A stretch of 63,443 nt of DNA, filler included, from Craspedostauros australis (taxonomy: Eukaryota): assembly GCA_030167865.1 (NCBI GenBank). It is 12 parts of 12 records of this genome, joined end to end, with 100 filler letters (N's around TTAATTAATTAA, not from the genome) between each part and the next. Parts side by side here need not be neighbours in the genome. Positions count along the whole stretch, not along the records: positions 60,988 to 63,443 come from JALAGF010006240.1; 11 more parts are not named here. One strand, given 5' to 3'. The notes beneath the pieces were generated by a model. That model did no database searches, was not told where the DNA came from, and worked only from the letters and a program-made list of their open reading frames with translations. The position numbers and the translations under genes were made by a program. How positions within the stretch are numbered: the stretch's first letter is position 1; each line of letters begins with the position of its first letter. Positions 60,888 through 63,443 of the stretch are shown here, one piece after another.

Positions 60888-61879
60888 NNNNNNNNNNNNN
60901 NNNNNNNNNNNNNNNNNNNNNNNNNNNNNNNTTAATTAATTAANNNNNNNNNNNNNNNNNNNNNNNNNNNNNNNNNNNNNNNNNNNNTGGGTTGGCTCAA
61001 TATATTGCATGGGGGAGGAATAACCGCTCATGCACGAGTGGTGGTCCAGTCCATGCCCTACTCAAAGAGCACGGCGATGATGGAGAGTGGCGTTGGCATT
61101 ATCACCCCAGTGGATCACCGTGTTGGACTGTCGGGAATGTCCTTGTTCACATTTGTTCGATCCCAGTGGTTCAATCCAACCCTTGTCGAAGAAACTGTCT
61201 CCAGTCTCTGAAGTGGATCATTTTTTAAGCATACAATGAGATGCAGTCTGCTGGATTGAAGTGNGTGTGCTGGGGAAGAAGCAATCGCGGAGCCCATCCG
61301 GTCGTCATCAATCCAAAGCGAGAGTCATCATTTCGAATATCGGCTCGCGCAACTCCCAAAACGTCCTTCTTCATGTATGGCAAAATTGTACGTAATTTGT
61401 ACTACTAATTGATATGAACGTTTCAATTTCAAATTTCAAATTTCCAGATTGTTCTCATCTTTTATCATTGACATTCGTCATACGTCATTCTCAAATTGCG
61501 TTGTCCAATCATTTCGTCTCATCATCATGACGTATGCACAAGTACATACGGACAGACAGTGGTTTGTTCTCACAAAGCTTCAAAACCAAACAAATCCAAC
61601 ACATCGTTTGGCGAGAGGTGTTGAGTGCACCAACACATTCGCCCCAATAACACCGTTAGCAACAGAAATAAGAAAAACAAACGCAATTACGTCCACCACA
61701 GCAAGTCAACCAGGGGCGCAGGTCAACATTGTCACCAACAACGACGCCATTGTGGCCATCGACCATATGCTCAATGTGCGTTGAGTAGAGGAACACTGCG
61801 CAGTTTGGTATCAACAGCGTTGTCAACGACCATGAGACACTGTCATGGTATGAACGCACCAATGAAGCCATCCACCAAA

Positions 61880-62750
61880 CTACTCCACTAACGCATGCCA
61901 CAGCATCATCAGCGGGCTTCTCTTCTCAAGTGGCCTATCGCCGCAATACATGCAATGCTGTATGGCATTCCATGTATTTGAAGAAGCAACTATGGCACTC
62001 GCCAGTTGCCACACGCCACATGAGGCCTACCATGGTAGAGTCCTGATCTTGTACACCTACGGGCTCTTGGCTCCAGGATGTTTGCGCGCAAACCTGGACA
62101 GCCAAGGGCAAAGCTGCATCGGCACTCCCGTGATGGCGTTTTCCTGGGATACACTGCTACAGCGTCCAACATTGAGTAGAACGACGTATCCACGGGCCAA
62201 GTAAAAACAACGGCCCATTTCACCATTGACAAGGCTCACTACAACGCTCAGGAGCGATTGCCAGGGCCGCAGCTCCTGTACAACCTTNNNNNNNNNNNNN
62301 NNNNNNNNNNNNNNNNNNNNNNNNNNNNNNNNNNNNNTTGCCAGGGCCGCAGCTCCTGTACAACCTTGTCCTTCAGGAACATCAACCCGATGCAGTTTCC
62401 ATCCCAGCTGTGCTTCCTATCCTGCAACGCGAGCTCCGTCCCGTGACTGCGTCAAGATTGCAGCGCGCATGCCTTTGCCACTTGGAGAGCTTGCGAACAT
62501 CCCCACGCATGCGTGAGCAGCCATCCTGCGTACGACTGTCCCTTCTGATCCAGATTCAGTCCTGGGGTCCATTTCATCGGTGATCCGTTCGGCGCGAGTT
62601 TCCGATGGACCGTGTCCCTTTCCGGGAGCAATGGCACCCTTGGGCTTGACCTCAAGATGGACAACATTGTTGGAATGTGTGTACTCGGATGTGTATGCAT
62701 CAGTCACACTTGCGTGCCATCAAGAATATTTGGTGGTGGAATCACGACCC
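61880..62750 (+). pseudogene. Decayed Copia family E integrase C-terminal region
   Basis: Manual translation through stops gives PDLVHLRALGSRMFARKPGQPRAKLHRHSRDGVFLGYTAT...GQVKTTAHFTIDKAHY...QLLYNL, then GDPFGASF...GTLGLDL. Confidence 0.75.
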
Positions 62751-63443
62751 AAAACTAATGACATCACAATGATACCACCATGATACCACAAGGATACTAC
62801 AATACTACAATGCCAGGATACCACGATACCAGCAGATACCACAGTATCCACCACATGTGACGTCACCTCAAGGCCTTACCTACCAGGTCTACAGGAATGA
62901 AATATGTTTTAAATATTCCATCAGATTCCATCAATCATCAGATTCAACAAAACCTGAGAATGGAACAACGACGAGACAACGAGAGAGAAACAACAACACA
63001 ACAATCAAGTCAACATCAACGAGCAACAAGGAGAGCAATGTGCATGGAGGTGCAAGAGTANNNNNNNNNNNNNNNNNNNNNNNNNNNNNNNNNNNNNNNN
63101 NNNNNNNNNNNNNNNNNNNNNNNNNNGCTCGCTCATCAACAATCGATAACAGTAACAGTAACAAGTAACGGAAACACTTACAGCCAAAGAGTGTGACTAC
63201 TACCAATTCTCCATGCGCGGAGCCTTCCAACACTCTCTCTCTCTCTCCGTGTTATCACTGCGCGATACTCTGTATTCGATACGTACTCAATTGTCCTGTC
63301 TCATATTAGCACAACGCTTTATTCACCTGATTCGTTTTCTGATTAGTCTGTCCCGGTAGGTGCTGAAACGATGCTTTACTCCGACACATGATTTTCGGCA
63401 TAAGAGGGACACACTAGAGAGAACATCAGAGATTCGGTCTGGC

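Overview
This is eukaryotic DNA, most likely from a diatom (CoDi-type Ty1/copia elements, an Ambal-like RNase H-containing LINE, a diatom-type DOT1). It is not one locus: 12 short scaffolds are joined by an artificial N-TTAATTAATTAA-N linker (near 4303, 6431, 9975, 15294, 18703, 33254, 39109, 42706, 47697, 58327, 60932), so adjacency means something only within a scaffold. Transposons dominate: five Copia families (A-E), two copies of the LINE, and two PIF/Harbinger-superfamily (PHIS) elements with related TIRs, heavily nested and eroded by CpG decay. Host genes include a vWA-alpha-kinase, an ER-retained ShK/GPx-like protein, a DOT1-like methyltransferase, a GT10 fucosyltransferase, two ankyrin proteins and a BTB protein. 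Four observations stand out. (1) Two Copia families lack a tRNA primer-binding site: family B has a 17+7 bp fold-back between its LTR and PBS with Tf1-like self-priming geometry, and family A has a conserved 12-bp palindrome flush against the LTR. (2) A 7.4-kb three-gene cassette lies between two family-B LTRs in inside-out order with the same 5-mer (GGGGC) on both inner sides, implying tandem duplication or circle re-integration. (3) Two divergent Copia families share an uncharacterised domain upstream of the protease. (4) An ANK-BTB gene has near-identical repeats that vary mainly at binding-surface positions. All family assignments are from motif recognition by eye; no database searches were run.
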